Positions 1 to 8,754 are shown, counted from the first letter of the stretch. The stretch is 64,000 nucleotides of DNA from Candidatus Nanoarchaeia archaeon (GCA_028713045.1 JAQTOY010000002.1:60-64059); one strand, 5' to 3'. Notes: generated from the sequence alone by a model not told the origin. Program-made: numbers and translations.

Positions 1-176
1 CTATATAAATTTTCATAACAAACATTTGGATCAGCAGCCATATTTACTTGAACAGGGCTATTTCTTAAACTCCTCATCTGTGTAGCATCATCTCCAGAAA
101 GATCAACAATTTCTCCAGCACATATAGCCAGTTCCAAATTACTAAGTCTTCTCAATTCTTTAAGAGCAATTTGCAT
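1..176 (-). CDS. hypothetical protein, N-terminal part only (gene runs off the left edge); paralog of 239..652
   Basis: ATG at 176-174. Translated N-terminus MQIALKELRRLSNLELAICAGE aligns with MKIEPKELRRLSNLELSIFSGE of the neighbouring gene. Confidence 0.5.
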   Translation of the reverse strand, partial: MQIALKELRRLSNLELAICAGEIVDLSGDDATQMRSLRNSPVQVNMAADPNVCYENLY

Positions 177-238
177 TTTTTTAGTTATCTTAATGGTTTT
201 ATAAACCTTTTTAAGTCGCAAATTATAAAAAAATAGAC

Positions 239-652
239 TTATAAGAACGTTATATCTGCAAGCTTAGTTCCAAGGCCTTTCATCGGACATTGGATTAACT
301 CCGGTTGTCCCGCCCGAGAGTTATATATATCTTCTGGATTTCCAACATAAATTCCATCAAATATTACTGTCAATTTCATCCAATTAGGGGGCTGAAATGT
401 CTGCGCCAATCTCTCAGATATATCTACTCTTAATCCTGCAAATGTATCATGCTCCCCTTCAAAATATAAACATAATCTATATAACCCTCTATCACAAATA
501 CCTTCTTCAGCAATCATTGTTACTTCAACAGGAGTCTGATACAACGCTCTAGCATGTATGAGATCCCATTCTTCAAGTGCAAGGTTTTCTCCAGAAAAAA
601 TGCTCAATTCCAAATTGCTTAATCTTCTTAATTCTTTAGGCTCGATTTTCAT
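239..652 (-). CDS. hypothetical protein (orphan class), 137 aa
   Basis: Intact ORF with a paralog immediately downstream. No motif recognised. Confidence 0.6.
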   Translation of the reverse strand: MKIEPKELRRLSNLELSIFSGENLALEEWDLIHARALYQTPVEVTMIAEEGICDRGLYRLCLYFEGEHDTFAGLRVDISERLAQTFQPPNWMKLTVIFDGIYVGNPEDIYNSRAGQPELIQCPMKGLGTKLADITFL

Positions 653-685
653 TTTTGGATTATTAGTAACTAATTTTTAAATTTT

Positions 686-1168
686 ATGCTTCAAAATGTA
701 TATAAACAATTATATCTTCTTTTCATTATGGAAAAGAGGTATAGAAAAGCGGTTTTTATTGTAACTTATAGAAAAGAAAAAAATAAAATAAATTATCTTG
801 TTTTGAAAAGAAAACTCCATTGGACTGGTTGGGAATTTCCAAAAGGAGGGATAGACAGTAAGAAATCAATGCTCGATGAAGTTAGAAGAGAAACAAAAGA
901 AGAAACCGGCCAGTTTCCTTTTAAAATAAAATCTTTTAATAAAAAAGGAAAATATCTATATGAGAAAGAGTATCCTGATAGAAAAGGATTTATCGGGCAA
1001 TCTTACAGATTATTCTCCGCAGAAATTAAAAATAAAAAAGTGATTCTTGATAAAAGGGAGCATTCAGCATACAAATGGTTAGATTTTGAAAATGCATATA
1101 AAAAATTAACCTTTCCCAATCAACGCATATGCTTAAATATAGTTAATAATTTGTTGATGAAAAGATGA
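686..1168 (+). CDS. NUDIX hydrolase
   Basis: Nudix box GGIDSKKSMLDEVRRETKEETG (GX5EX7REUXEEXGU). The true start may be the Met at 728 (MEKRYRKAVFIV). Confidence 0.85.
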   Translation: MLQNVYKQLYLLFIMEKRYRKAVFIVTYRKEKNKINYLVLKRKLHWTGWEFPKGGIDSKKSMLDEVRRETKEETGQFPFKIKSFNKKGKYLYEKEYPDRKGFIGQSYRLFSAEIKNKKVILDKREHSAYKWLDFENAYKKLTFPNQRICLNIVNNLLMKR

Positions 1169-1977
1169 AAATTGATTATTCAGAGATATTAAAAAACTTT
1201 GGTCAAATATTAAATAATGAACCAGAAATTCTTGCGGTTTTTTATGAAGGATCAACTGCAACAAAAACCTGGGATGAATTCTCTGACATAGATGTTTGTA
1301 TTTTAGTTAAGGACCAAGATTATGAAAAAATAGTAAAAAAACTTCCAGAATTTTTAAGCTGGTGGGGAAAAATTAATCTAATTAATAACTATAATGGGAT
1401 TGACGAGACATATGCCTATGTCAATAAAGATTATCTGAAAGTGGAGATAAATCCAATTAAAAAAAGTGAATTAAAGCCATCCTGGGACCTTAAAAATTAT
1501 AGAATTGAATTTGATAAAACTGGAACAGTTCCAGATATTTTGGAAAAATCTAAAATTGAACAAAAGCCATTGATTTCGCATAAGGAAATCACTTGGTTCT
1601 TTTTAGACGCAAGAAATAGTTTTATCTATGCTGCAAGGCATTATGCACGCGGTAAAAAATTATCTGGTGCGAGCGAAATAGGTAATCTTGGAGGACAATT
1701 TTTTTATTACCTTGGAAAAATAAGGGGCTATGAAGGTTATGAATTTATAAGGGCTGCGGAGAAACTATTGACAAAAAAAGAATGGGGTCTCTTGAAAATA
1801 TCTACCTGTAAATCTCTTAAAAAATCTGAATTCAAAAGAGCAATAAAAGCTAATTGGAAATATATGAAATATTTAGAAAATTTATATGAAAAACAGACCC
1901 ATAAAAAATTAGATCTCAAGTGCAAGGATAAAGAACTTTTAAATATAATAAATACTGCACTAAATAAGTCATCATGA
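1165..1977 (+). CDS. nucleotidyltransferase-domain protein (pol-beta superfamily)
   Basis: FYEGSTATKTWDEFSDIDVCILV matches the G-S...D-x-D minimal NTase motif. 4-nt overlap with the upstream Nudix gene. Confidence 0.7.
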   Translation: MKIDYSEILKNFGQILNNEPEILAVFYEGSTATKTWDEFSDIDVCILVKDQDYEKIVKKLPEFLSWWGKINLINNYNGIDETYAYVNKDYLKVEINPIKKSELKPSWDLKNYRIEFDKTGTVPDILEKSKIEQKPLISHKEITWFFLDARNSFIYAARHYARGKKLSGASEIGNLGGQFFYYLGKIRGYEGYEFIRAAEKLLTKKEWGLLKISTCKSLKKSEFKRAIKANWKYMKYLENLYEKQTHKKLDLKCKDKELLNIINTALNKSS

Positions 1978-2537
1978 AAACCCTTTTAGAATGTTTTGAA
2001 AAAATGAAGCATTTGTCATTGGCAAAAACTATTGTCATTAAATCTGATTCGGATTTAACCAAAATATCTTTTCCATATTACATGAAAGCTTCAATTGGAG
2101 AGCATAAAATAGAAAAAAAAGCAGTTTTAAGAATAGAGAACCTCAGTGAAGCTAAGTCCGAATATAATCGATTAAAAAAAGAGTTCCCTAATTTTCCAAT
2201 AGTTATTCAGGAGCAGATAATAGGCATTGAGATGATTCTAGGATTAAAAAAAGATGAGGTTTTTGAAAAGATTTTGTTAATAGGATTTGGAGGGACAAAT
2301 GCAGAAACATTGAAAGATGTAACTTTTCTTTCAATTCCTACGTCCAAACCTGAAATTAAATTCGCAATAGAATCCCTAAAACTTTATCCTTCATTACACA
2401 AAAGGCAGAAATACGCAATAATAGAATTCATAAATCTTGCATTTGAAGTTTCAAAACTTGATTTCAATGAACTTGATTTAAATCCAGTTATTCTTACTGA
2501 AAAGAAAGCAGTTATTGTAGATGCTAGAGGGGATTAA
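1974..2537 (+). CDS. ATP-grasp protein, ADP-forming acyl-CoA synthetase beta-subunit-like
   Basis: C-terminal ELDLNPVIL..AVIVDARG is typical of ACD beta. It lies next to, and converges on, the alpha subunit gene. Confidence 0.6.
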   Translation: MKTLLECFEKMKHLSLAKTIVIKSDSDLTKISFPYYMKASIGEHKIEKKAVLRIENLSEAKSEYNRLKKEFPNFPIVIQEQIIGIEMILGLKKDEVFEKILLIGFGGTNAETLKDVTFLSIPTSKPEIKFAIESLKLYPSLHKRQKYAIIEFINLAFEVSKLDFNELDLNPVILTEKKAVIVDARGD

Positions 2538-3819
2538 CCGCCTTCCCAAGTACCTCTGCCATATCTTTCACATCATCAAAAATTATAATTTTTTCAGAAA
2601 GATTTTTTCTTGCTTTTTCAACTTTTTCTCCGCCCATGAAGCACGCAAAAACCGTCTTGGATTTTATCTTTAAAATAGCTTCAGCAGTTTTTTCAGGTTC
2701 AGTCATGTACTGAGGGGTTAATAACACAATAAAAAAATCAAAGAATTTCTCATTTTGTAATTCCTTTATTGTTCTTTCATAAACCTCTGCTTTTGCATCT
2801 CCAAGCACATCAACAGGATTGCCTTTGCTCCATCCAGAATGAAGGAATGTGTTAAGTCTGTTTTTAATTTTTTCTGGAAGAATTGGAATTTCAATGTTAT
2901 TTTTAATGCAGTAATCAGAGGATAAAACCCCTAAACCTCCTGCGTTAGTTATTATGCATGCTTTTTTTCCAATATTTTTATTTTCAGCAAGAATTTTTGA
3001 AACTAAAAATAATTGTTTTATAGAATCAACTTCAATCAATTTTAATTGCTTAAAGATTCCTTCATAAATCCCTTCCTCAGAAGCCAGAGCTGCTGTATGC
3101 GTTGAAGCCACTTTTTTTCCTAATTCAGTTTTTCCAGCCTTAAGAACAACAATAGGTTTTTTAGATTTTCTACAAGATTCTATAAACCTTTTCCCCTTTC
3201 CCTTATTTAATGATTCCATATAAAGTGCAATAACCTCAGTATTTTTATCCTTTGAAAAATAATCTATAAACTCCGAAAAATCCATATTGGTCATGTTTCC
3301 CAAAGAAACAAATCCAGATAAGGGGATTTTCATATCAAGAATTGCTGTTCCGATTGCTCCAGATTGTGATAAAAAGGCAATCTTACCCTTTTCAGGCATT
3401 CCTTCAAAAAAACTAGCATTAATGCTAAGATAAGGATTAATATATCCCAGAGTATTAGGCCCAATTAAATCCATTTTGTATTTGTCGCAAATTTTAGAAA
3501 TATCATTTTCAAGTTTAGTATCTCCAGTTTCAGAAAATCCAGCGCTGATTATAACTGCATTTTTAATTCCTTTTATACCGCTTTCCTCCAAGACAGCAGG
3601 AACAAATTCATGCTTTATGGCAATGATAACACAATCAATTTTTTCGTTTATCTCACTTACATTTTTATAGCATTTATACCCTAAAATTTCATTGGCTTTT
3701 GGATTCACAGGAAATGTTTTTATTCCCTTAGAAAGAAGATTTTTAAAGATAACATGCCCAACTTTGTCGTGCTCTCTTGCAGCCCCTATAACTGCAAAAC
3801 TTTTTGAATTAAATATCAT
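2524..3819 (-). CDS. ADP-forming acetyl/acyl-CoA synthetase, alpha subunit (CoA-binding plus CoA-ligase domains)
   Basis: N-terminal SFAVIGAAREHDKVGHVIFKNL CoA-binding Rossmann. LSQSGAIGTA and VASTHTAALA (phospho-His loop) resemble succinyl-CoA synthetase and ACD. Confidence 0.85.
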   Translation of the reverse strand: MIFNSKSFAVIGAAREHDKVGHVIFKNLLSKGIKTFPVNPKANEILGYKCYKNVSEINEKIDCVIIAIKHEFVPAVLEESGIKGIKNAVIISAGFSETGDTKLENDISKICDKYKMDLIGPNTLGYINPYLSINASFFEGMPEKGKIAFLSQSGAIGTAILDMKIPLSGFVSLGNMTNMDFSEFIDYFSKDKNTEVIALYMESLNKGKGKRFIESCRKSKKPIVVLKAGKTELGKKVASTHTAALASEEGIYEGIFKQLKLIEVDSIKQLFLVSKILAENKNIGKKACIITNAGGLGVLSSDYCIKNNIEIPILPEKIKNRLNTFLHSGWSKGNPVDVLGDAKAEVYERTIKELQNEKFFDFFIVLLTPQYMTEPEKTAEAILKIKSKTVFACFMGGEKVEKARKNLSEKIIIFDDVKDMAEVLGKAVNPL

Positions 3820-3921
3820 CTAAACAAATATACTGAGAAACTTATAAATGTTGTTGAGCCAGTATTATTTTTTTACCTAAAATTATAACTAAAGATTTAT
3901 TAATAATAATTAACTAAACTT

Positions 3922-4251
3922 ATGATGAGATATATTTCAGAAGATTCCTTGACTAAACCTGAAATCGAGTCAAAAAGAGTGAAAGGAGCAGTTCCAGTTG
4001 CAACTCCAGCCTGGGGAGCAAGTGAGGGTGGTGATAGAATCCATTTTGAAAATTGGAAAAGATTTACTGATAATTCTAGTTTTCCAATGCCCCCAATAGG
4101 ATTTATACTTCAATCAATAGGAGGAATGGAATATCTAGCTAAACATTATAAGACCGGAGAAACCAGCAAGCTGAGAGGCGTTTTAAATAAAAAAACAAAT
4201 AGAATTAACTACGGATGGTATAATCCAAAAGGTGAAAGAGTTTCTTTTTAA
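3922..4251 (+). CDS. small protein, tandem family member 1 of 4 (PMPPIG...GERVSF family), function unknown
   Basis: Shares G.VP.A, PMPPIG, TGET and the C-terminal GERVSF with the next three ORFs. TATA-like TTTATTAA lies about 20 nt upstream. Confidence 0.7.
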   Translation: MMRYISEDSLTKPEIESKRVKGAVPVATPAWGASEGGDRIHFENWKRFTDNSSFPMPPIGFILQSIGGMEYLAKHYKTGETSKLRGVLNKKTNRINYGWYNPKGERVSF

Positions 4252-4353
4252 TTATTTTTCAGCATTTAATCTTGTTAAGATTATATGTAACCACTAATTA
4301 ATAGTAATAATGAAAGATTTATAAATCAATATTTCTATCTAGAATAAATTAAA

Positions 4354-4674
4354 ATGGCATATATATTTGAAGATTCACTAGATGAAGATAGGTTGGAATC
4401 AGAAAGAGCAGAAGGAAATGTTCCACTTGCAATTCAGCTTGGGGGTTGTCTTGCCCATGGAGATGCAATTAATTTTTTTCCCTGGGAAGACCTTTCTGAA
4501 GATTTAAATTATCCAATGCCTCCAATAGGTTATGTTGTTCAACCATCTTCAGAACTCGAAGCTAAATGTTATATAACTGGTAAAACCTGTAGACTAGAGC
4601 CTATTTTGAATCCAAGAACTAAGAGATTTAAATATCATTGGATGGATGAGAGTGGAGAAAGAGTCTCTTTTTAA
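4354..4674 (+). CDS. small protein, tandem family member 2 of 4
   Basis: FFPWED, PMPPIGYVVQPSSELEA, CRLEPI, GERVSF. TATA-like TTTATAAA at 4318-4325. Confidence 0.75.
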   Translation: MAYIFEDSLDEDRLESERAEGNVPLAIQLGGCLAHGDAINFFPWEDLSEDLNYPMPPIGYVVQPSSELEAKCYITGKTCRLEPILNPRTKRFKYHWMDESGERVSF

Positions 4675-4697
4675 CTAAACTTTTTAAATAAATTGAA

Positions 4698-5054
4698 ATG
4701 AACGAAATATTAGAAAATCAAATAACTGAAGATGAAATTGAAGAAGAGTGGCAGGAAGGATCAGTTCCACTTGCAACTTCGGTTATGGGAGATTTTGAGG
4801 AAGATCCTATCAGCTTCTTTCCATGGGAAGACATAGCCGGTCCAGGAATTCCAATGCCCCCTAGAGGTTATGTTGTTCAATCAACAGGAAGTTCTAGAAA
4901 TTATGTTCATCCATCAGGAAGAAGAATAGATTTTGAGGCAGTGCATTATCATTCTAGAGAACGATGCTGGTTAAGAGAGGTTAGAACTAATATTAGAACT
5001 GAAAGACAAAAATATGCCTGGTATGATGCAGATGGAGAAAGAATTTCTTTTTAA
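4698..5054 (+). CDS. small protein, tandem family member 3 of 4
   Basis: FFPWED, PMPPRGYVVQ and C-terminal GERISF. It has a 23-nt spacer to member 2, which is conserved again before member 4. Confidence 0.75.
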   Translation: MNEILENQITEDEIEEEWQEGSVPLATSVMGDFEEDPISFFPWEDIAGPGIPMPPRGYVVQSTGSSRNYVHPSGRRIDFEAVHYHSRERCWLREVRTNIRTERQKYAWYDADGERISF

Positions 5055-5077
5055 CTAAACTTTTTAAATAAATTAAA

Positions 5078-5377
5078 ATGAATTCAGAATCAAGCGATTT
5101 ATTAACAGAAGAGCGAATAGAACACGAGAGAGCATACGGCAACGTTCCCATGGAGGATTTAAAAGGAGTAGTCAGATTTGGTTTATGGGATTTTTTTTGC
5201 GAAGTTACTGGAGCTCCAATGCCCCCAATAGGTTATGTTGTTCAACCATCTTCAGAACTCGAAGCTAACTGCTGTAAGACTGGTGAAACCTGCAGACTAG
5301 AACCTATTTGGAGTAAAAAAAAGCAAAAAGTTTATTATGCTTGGTTCGATGAAAACGGAGAAAGAGTTTCTTTTTGA
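5078..5377 (+). CDS. small protein, tandem family member 4 of 4
   Basis: PMPPIGYVVQPSSELEA, TGETCRLEPI, GERVSF. A 44-nt stretch is identical to member 2. Confidence 0.75.
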   Translation: MNSESSDLLTEERIEHERAYGNVPMEDLKGVVRFGLWDFFCEVTGAPMPPIGYVVQPSSELEANCCKTGETCRLEPIWSKKKQKVYYAWFDENGERVSF

Positions 5378-5380
5378 TTC

Positions 5381-6034
5381 TTATTTAACTGCATTTTTTT
5401 TCTTGAATCTTTTATTCAAATAATAAGCCAGTCCTATTACAATTATCAATCCTGCTAAAGAAAGAGCAAATTTTAACCAGTCATCTGCAAATCTCCAATA
5501 ATCAACAACACCAAATATCATTATTCCTAGGCCTCCAAACATTAATCCAGCTCCAACAAATTCCAAACCAAATACCAGCCCTCCAATAGCAATAACAATA
5601 ATACCAAGTGGAAGTGCAATTAAAAACACTCCCCTTGAATATTCTTTTTGCGCATCATCAAAATCTTTTTGACATTGGATATAACTATACTGGCAATATC
5701 CTCCTTCAACAGGAATGGGTTTTCCTCCATCAACAGTAGGAGGATAAGTATTATTTATCCAGATTCCACCTGCATCAATACATTCGCTAGGAAGATTTAT
5801 TTGCGGACAAAAATCTTGATATTGAGGGGCACTTTTATAAAAAGTATTGATTCCATAAATTCCAACAGACGTAGTAAGTATAAATATTACAATTCCAAAA
5901 ACCAAATTTTTTACATTCATAGGTTTATGAGGATTTTCTCCTTTATATAACTTTTTATTTTTGTTGTTAAAGATTATAAAAATAATTAGAACAATTATTA
6001 CTCCGATACCTAAAATTCCTAATCCAAGTACCAT
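5381..6034 (-). CDS. integral membrane protein with a Cys-containing extracytoplasmic loop
   Basis: The translation shows an N-terminal TM segment, a second TM segment, a central Cys-containing domain and C-terminal TM segments. Confidence 0.6.
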   Translation of the reverse strand: MVLGLGILGIGVIIVLIIFIIFNNKNKKLYKGENPHKPMNVKNLVFGIVIFILTTSVGIYGINTFYKSAPQYQDFCPQINLPSECIDAGGIWINNTYPPTVDGGKPIPVEGGYCQYSYIQCQKDFDDAQKEYSRGVFLIALPLGIIVIAIGGLVFGLEFVGAGLMFGGLGIMIFGVVDYWRFADDWLKFALSLAGLIIVIGLAYYLNKRFKKKNAVK

Positions 6035-6352
6035 CTATTAATATAGTAAACAGACAATATAAATATTGCTATAACAATTATTAATACTGAGTAAAAAATA
6101 ACCCTCGGTTTTTAGGCAGAGAGCAAAGTTCTAGCTTTGTTTTTTCACTCAGTCTCATTAAGTTCCCAAACAAATCTGAACTTTTAATCAGAGGTAACGC
6201 GCAAGAACTTAATGATAATAAAATTGGAAAGCTAGGTTATGGGATGATTTTTGATGAGGGTATTAACCTATACTCTCCCTTACTTCAATAACACAACATG
6301 CATCACATTAATAAAATAGTTAAAACTCAATCAAGAATTTTGTAAATTAATT

Positions 6353-6562
6353 TTATTTCACTTTTTGTCCGCATTCAGGGCAGAATTTTTCATTGCCTTC
6401 AAGAATTTTTCCGCATTTTGGGCATTTCAAAGTTTCTTTTTTTCTTTCAATTACGGCCTTATAGCCTGATTTTCCAGAAAAAATTTTTCCCATTATGCTG
6501 GCCATATTAGGATCATCTTGATACTCTCTTAAATCCAAGCAACTGCTCATTTTTGTAATCAC
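6353..6562 (-). CDS. zinc-ribbon domain protein
   Basis: C-terminal CPKCGKILEGNEKFCPECGQKV (CxxC-x10-CxxC). Confidence 0.6.
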   Translation of the reverse strand: MITKMSSCLDLREYQDDPNMASIMGKIFSGKSGYKAVIERKKETLKCPKCGKILEGNEKFCPECGQKVK

Positions 6563-6696
6563 CTCATTATCTATTTTGAAATAAAATAAAATTTTTTAAG
6601 TTTATAAAGATTTTTATATAGAAATTATTTTTTGAATAACAATATTTATAATCCTTATAATTCTATTAAAAATAGCAAGTTCAATTATGTTATAAT

Positions 6697-6718
6697 TGAA
6701 GAGAAAGCCTCCATCGCT
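6697..6718 (+). repeat. 22-nt direct repeat: copy of the tRNA-Ser leader (10 nt) plus tRNA positions 1-12. The second copy is 6825-6846.
   Basis: TGAAGAGAAAGCCTCCATCGCT occurs identically at 6697-6718 and 6825-6846. Confidence 0.9.
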
Positions 6719-6834
6719 TACAGAGAAATAAGATTTCTCTGTCTGTTCAACTCTAACGAGATTGAACATAGTTCCTTCGCGATGAGAGATTATATAAATG
6801 AATGCAAGTTCATTTTCTTCGGAATGAAGAGAAA

Positions 6835-6914
6835 GCCTCCATCGCTCAGTGGTAGAGCAACGGATTGCTAATCCGTGCCCTTTGGGTTCCTGGGTTCGAT
6901 TCCCAGTGGAGGCG
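6835..6914 (+). tRNA. tRNA-Ser (anticodon GCU), type II with long variable arm
   Basis: Hand-folded. Acceptor GCCTCCA/TGGAGGC, D arm GCTC/GAGC, anticodon arm ACGGA-TTGCTAA-TCCGT, 13-nt variable arm, T arm CTGGG-TTCGATT-CCCAG. No encoded CCA. Confidence 0.9.
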
Positions 6915-6962
6915 TTCAATTCTATTTTACTAATTATTATGAATAAGAAATAGAATTGAACG
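6913..6962. other. perfect 14-bp hairpin with a 22-nt A/T loop, starting in the last 2 nt of tRNA-Ser
   Basis: CGTTCAATTCTATT (6913-6926) pairs with AATAGAATTGAACG (6949-6962). Confidence 0.85.
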
Positions 6963-7008
6963 TAGTATATGGGACTGAAAGTCCCATTTTCTCAATTATG
7001 AATCGAAC

Positions 7009-7088
7009 CTTGGTTCGAATTCCCAGAAAAGTTTTGCTCTTGTTAATTTTAATTTATAATAGCCAAGAGCAAAACTTTTGTAGAGGCG
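7009..7088 (+). pseudogene. decayed 3' fragment of tRNA-Ser (T arm plus acceptor 3' strand), interrupted by a ~54-nt hairpin insert
   Basis: CCTTGGTTCGAATTCCCAG[insert]TAGAGGCG versus the functional CCTGGGTTCGATTCCCAGTGGAGGCG. The insert holds a perfect 16-bp stem (7027-7042 / 7064-7079) with a 21-nt loop. Confidence 0.6.
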
Positions 7089-7168
7089 TAACATTTTTAA
7101 GGAATAATTTTTTAAGAAAATAACCCAAATGGAAAAAGAGTTCTGATTCAAATAAGAATATAAACAAA

Positions 7169-7852
7169 ATGGCATGGAGATACACCGAATATGCAGGATG
7201 TCAGTGTTTTACTGATTGGATAAATAAGGATTATAGACTTGGAATTGTTCTAGATGAAGATACTATCGCAATAAACCCTGTTCAAGTCAAAACTCCTTCA
7301 GGACAAAAAGTAAATTCATTAGATTTTATCACTAATGGTAGATTAAGGCCCAGATTTTATTATCGCATTGGTAAAAATTCTACTTCTGTTTTAAACGCAG
7401 AGCTAGACATGCTTGGAGGGTTTATTCGAAGAACTTGGTCTTTGTCACCAGAAACAGTTAGGTTAAGAGGCTTTCCAGGAGATATGCAAAAATTAGAAAC
7501 TCAATTAGTTGATCATGGAACCTATGACGATTTCAGAAAATTTGGAGAATATGCAGTATCGAGACTTCAACAAATCGCAAAAGAAATTATTTTACCACCA
7601 ACAAGTTTTCAAGAACATATTCCAGATGACGAAATGCAAGAGATAGAGAGATATCATCCGAATCTAGAGTTTGTTCCAAACTGGACTGCAACCCAAGAGC
7701 AGTTAGGCAGAGATTTTGCTGACCTTTTTACAATTTATACAATTTTTAGAGTTGCAAAACCGGATGAAAGGCCAGGGCTTGTAAAGAGAGAAGACGGATT
7801 TGATAAAGAACAATTACAGATTCTACACCGGTTAGTGGAATCTTTGTTATAA
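7169..7852 (+). CDS. hypothetical protein (orphan class), 227 aa
   Basis: Long intact ORF with non-housekeeping composition. No motif recognised. Confidence 0.6.
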   Translation: MAWRYTEYAGCQCFTDWINKDYRLGIVLDEDTIAINPVQVKTPSGQKVNSLDFITNGRLRPRFYYRIGKNSTSVLNAELDMLGGFIRRTWSLSPETVRLRGFPGDMQKLETQLVDHGTYDDFRKFGEYAVSRLQQIAKEIILPPTSFQEHIPDDEMQEIERYHPNLEFVPNWTATQEQLGRDFADLFTIYTIFRVAKPDERPGLVKREDGFDKEQLQILHRLVESLL

Positions 7853-7917
7853 TTCTATAAAACAACCTAAAATATTTAATTCATTTATTATTCTTACATC
7901 AAGAAATAAATTTTTCC

Positions 7918-8646
7918 TTACTCTCTAACTGCATGCCATTCATTATCAGCAGGTATCTTTCTTTCAATTTTTGGAGCCGGAATTACATAATAAGCTTTAT
8001 GTCCGCTTGCTGAAGCTTCGCTCACTACAATCCCTCCATCATTATAATTTGAATTTGGACGATGCTCTGCAGGGGAAATTGGGCGATAGCTGACTTGCGC
8101 AACTTTATCAGGGATGATTGTTTTTGGAATTGAATTTGGTGGAGTAAGTGGTAGGGTTTGTAATTGTGTCCCACTAGGTGTTGGTGGTGCAGGAACAGTG
8201 CCACGCTCATTTGCAGGCGCAGGAGTTGGTTGTGGTGTTGGGATTATTTCTTGTCCATTATCATAAATCGCTCCAGTTTCTAATCCTCCGCAGCAAGGGT
8301 CTTGAAATCCATAATTATACATGGGAGCAGAAAAAAACGGTTGTGCATATCCATATCCATAACCTCCCAATCCATATCCATACCCTCCTCGATGACATCC
8401 TAAATTAGACAGCTCACTAAAAAATGCAGATATATTTCTAAAAAATCCTCTTATAGGACCAACTCCACGAAAATGAGCTGGCCCACATCCATAATAAACT
8501 GGCGGACTAAAACAAGAATCGCATACTTGCCCACCCCATACTCCTTGAGGAACCATCTCCATTGGAGGTTGTGAATTAGCAGGACCTACTAATAATCCTA
8601 AACTCAATGTTGCTGCAGAAACCGCCCTTACTATTTCTTTTTTCAT
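7918..8646 (-). CDS. secreted Gly/Tyr-rich and Pro-rich protein
   Basis: Start trimmed to Met42 of the tracked ORF, giving a Sec-type signal peptide MKKEIVRAVSAATLSLGLLVGPANS. GGYGYGLGGYGYGY and PTPQPTPAP low-complexity segments. Confidence 0.6.
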   Translation of the reverse strand: MKKEIVRAVSAATLSLGLLVGPANSQPPMEMVPQGVWGGQVCDSCFSPPVYYGCGPAHFRGVGPIRGFFRNISAFFSELSNLGCHRGGYGYGLGGYGYGYAQPFFSAPMYNYGFQDPCCGGLETGAIYDNGQEIIPTPQPTPAPANERGTVPAPPTPSGTQLQTLPLTPPNSIPKTIIPDKVAQVSYRPISPAEHRPNSNYNDGGIVVSEASASGHKAYYVIPAPKIERKIPADNEWHAVRE

Positions 8647-8754
8647 AATATTAAAATAATGGAAACAAATTATATAAATATTATTATATTTTGATATATT
8701 CTTCTGGATAATTACCAACGATAAATTTATAAACGCTTTTTTAAATATAATGAA

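Noticed and set aside
6614-6919. ORFs 6614..6919 (-) and 6632..6871 (+) covering the tRNA-Ser locus
   Set aside because: They overlap the tRNA gene, its promoter and hairpin-rich non-coding sequence. The translations are low complexity with no start context.
6969-6987. Anticodon-arm-like hairpin ATGGGA-CTGAAAG-TCCCAT (reads GAA on plus, UUC on minus), considered as part of a second, intron-containing, split or permuted tRNA
   Set aside because: I could not build a D arm, a proper T arm (the neighbouring TTGGTTCGAATTCCCAG does not pair as 5 bp plus a 7-nt loop) or a matching acceptor stem on either strand. It is reported only as part of the tRNA-Ser locus anomaly.
8025-8408. ORFs 8025..8210 (-) and 8178..8408 (+) inside the secreted Gly/Tyr-rich gene
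   Set aside because: They are alternative frames of, or antisense to, a longer ORF that has a convincing signal peptide.
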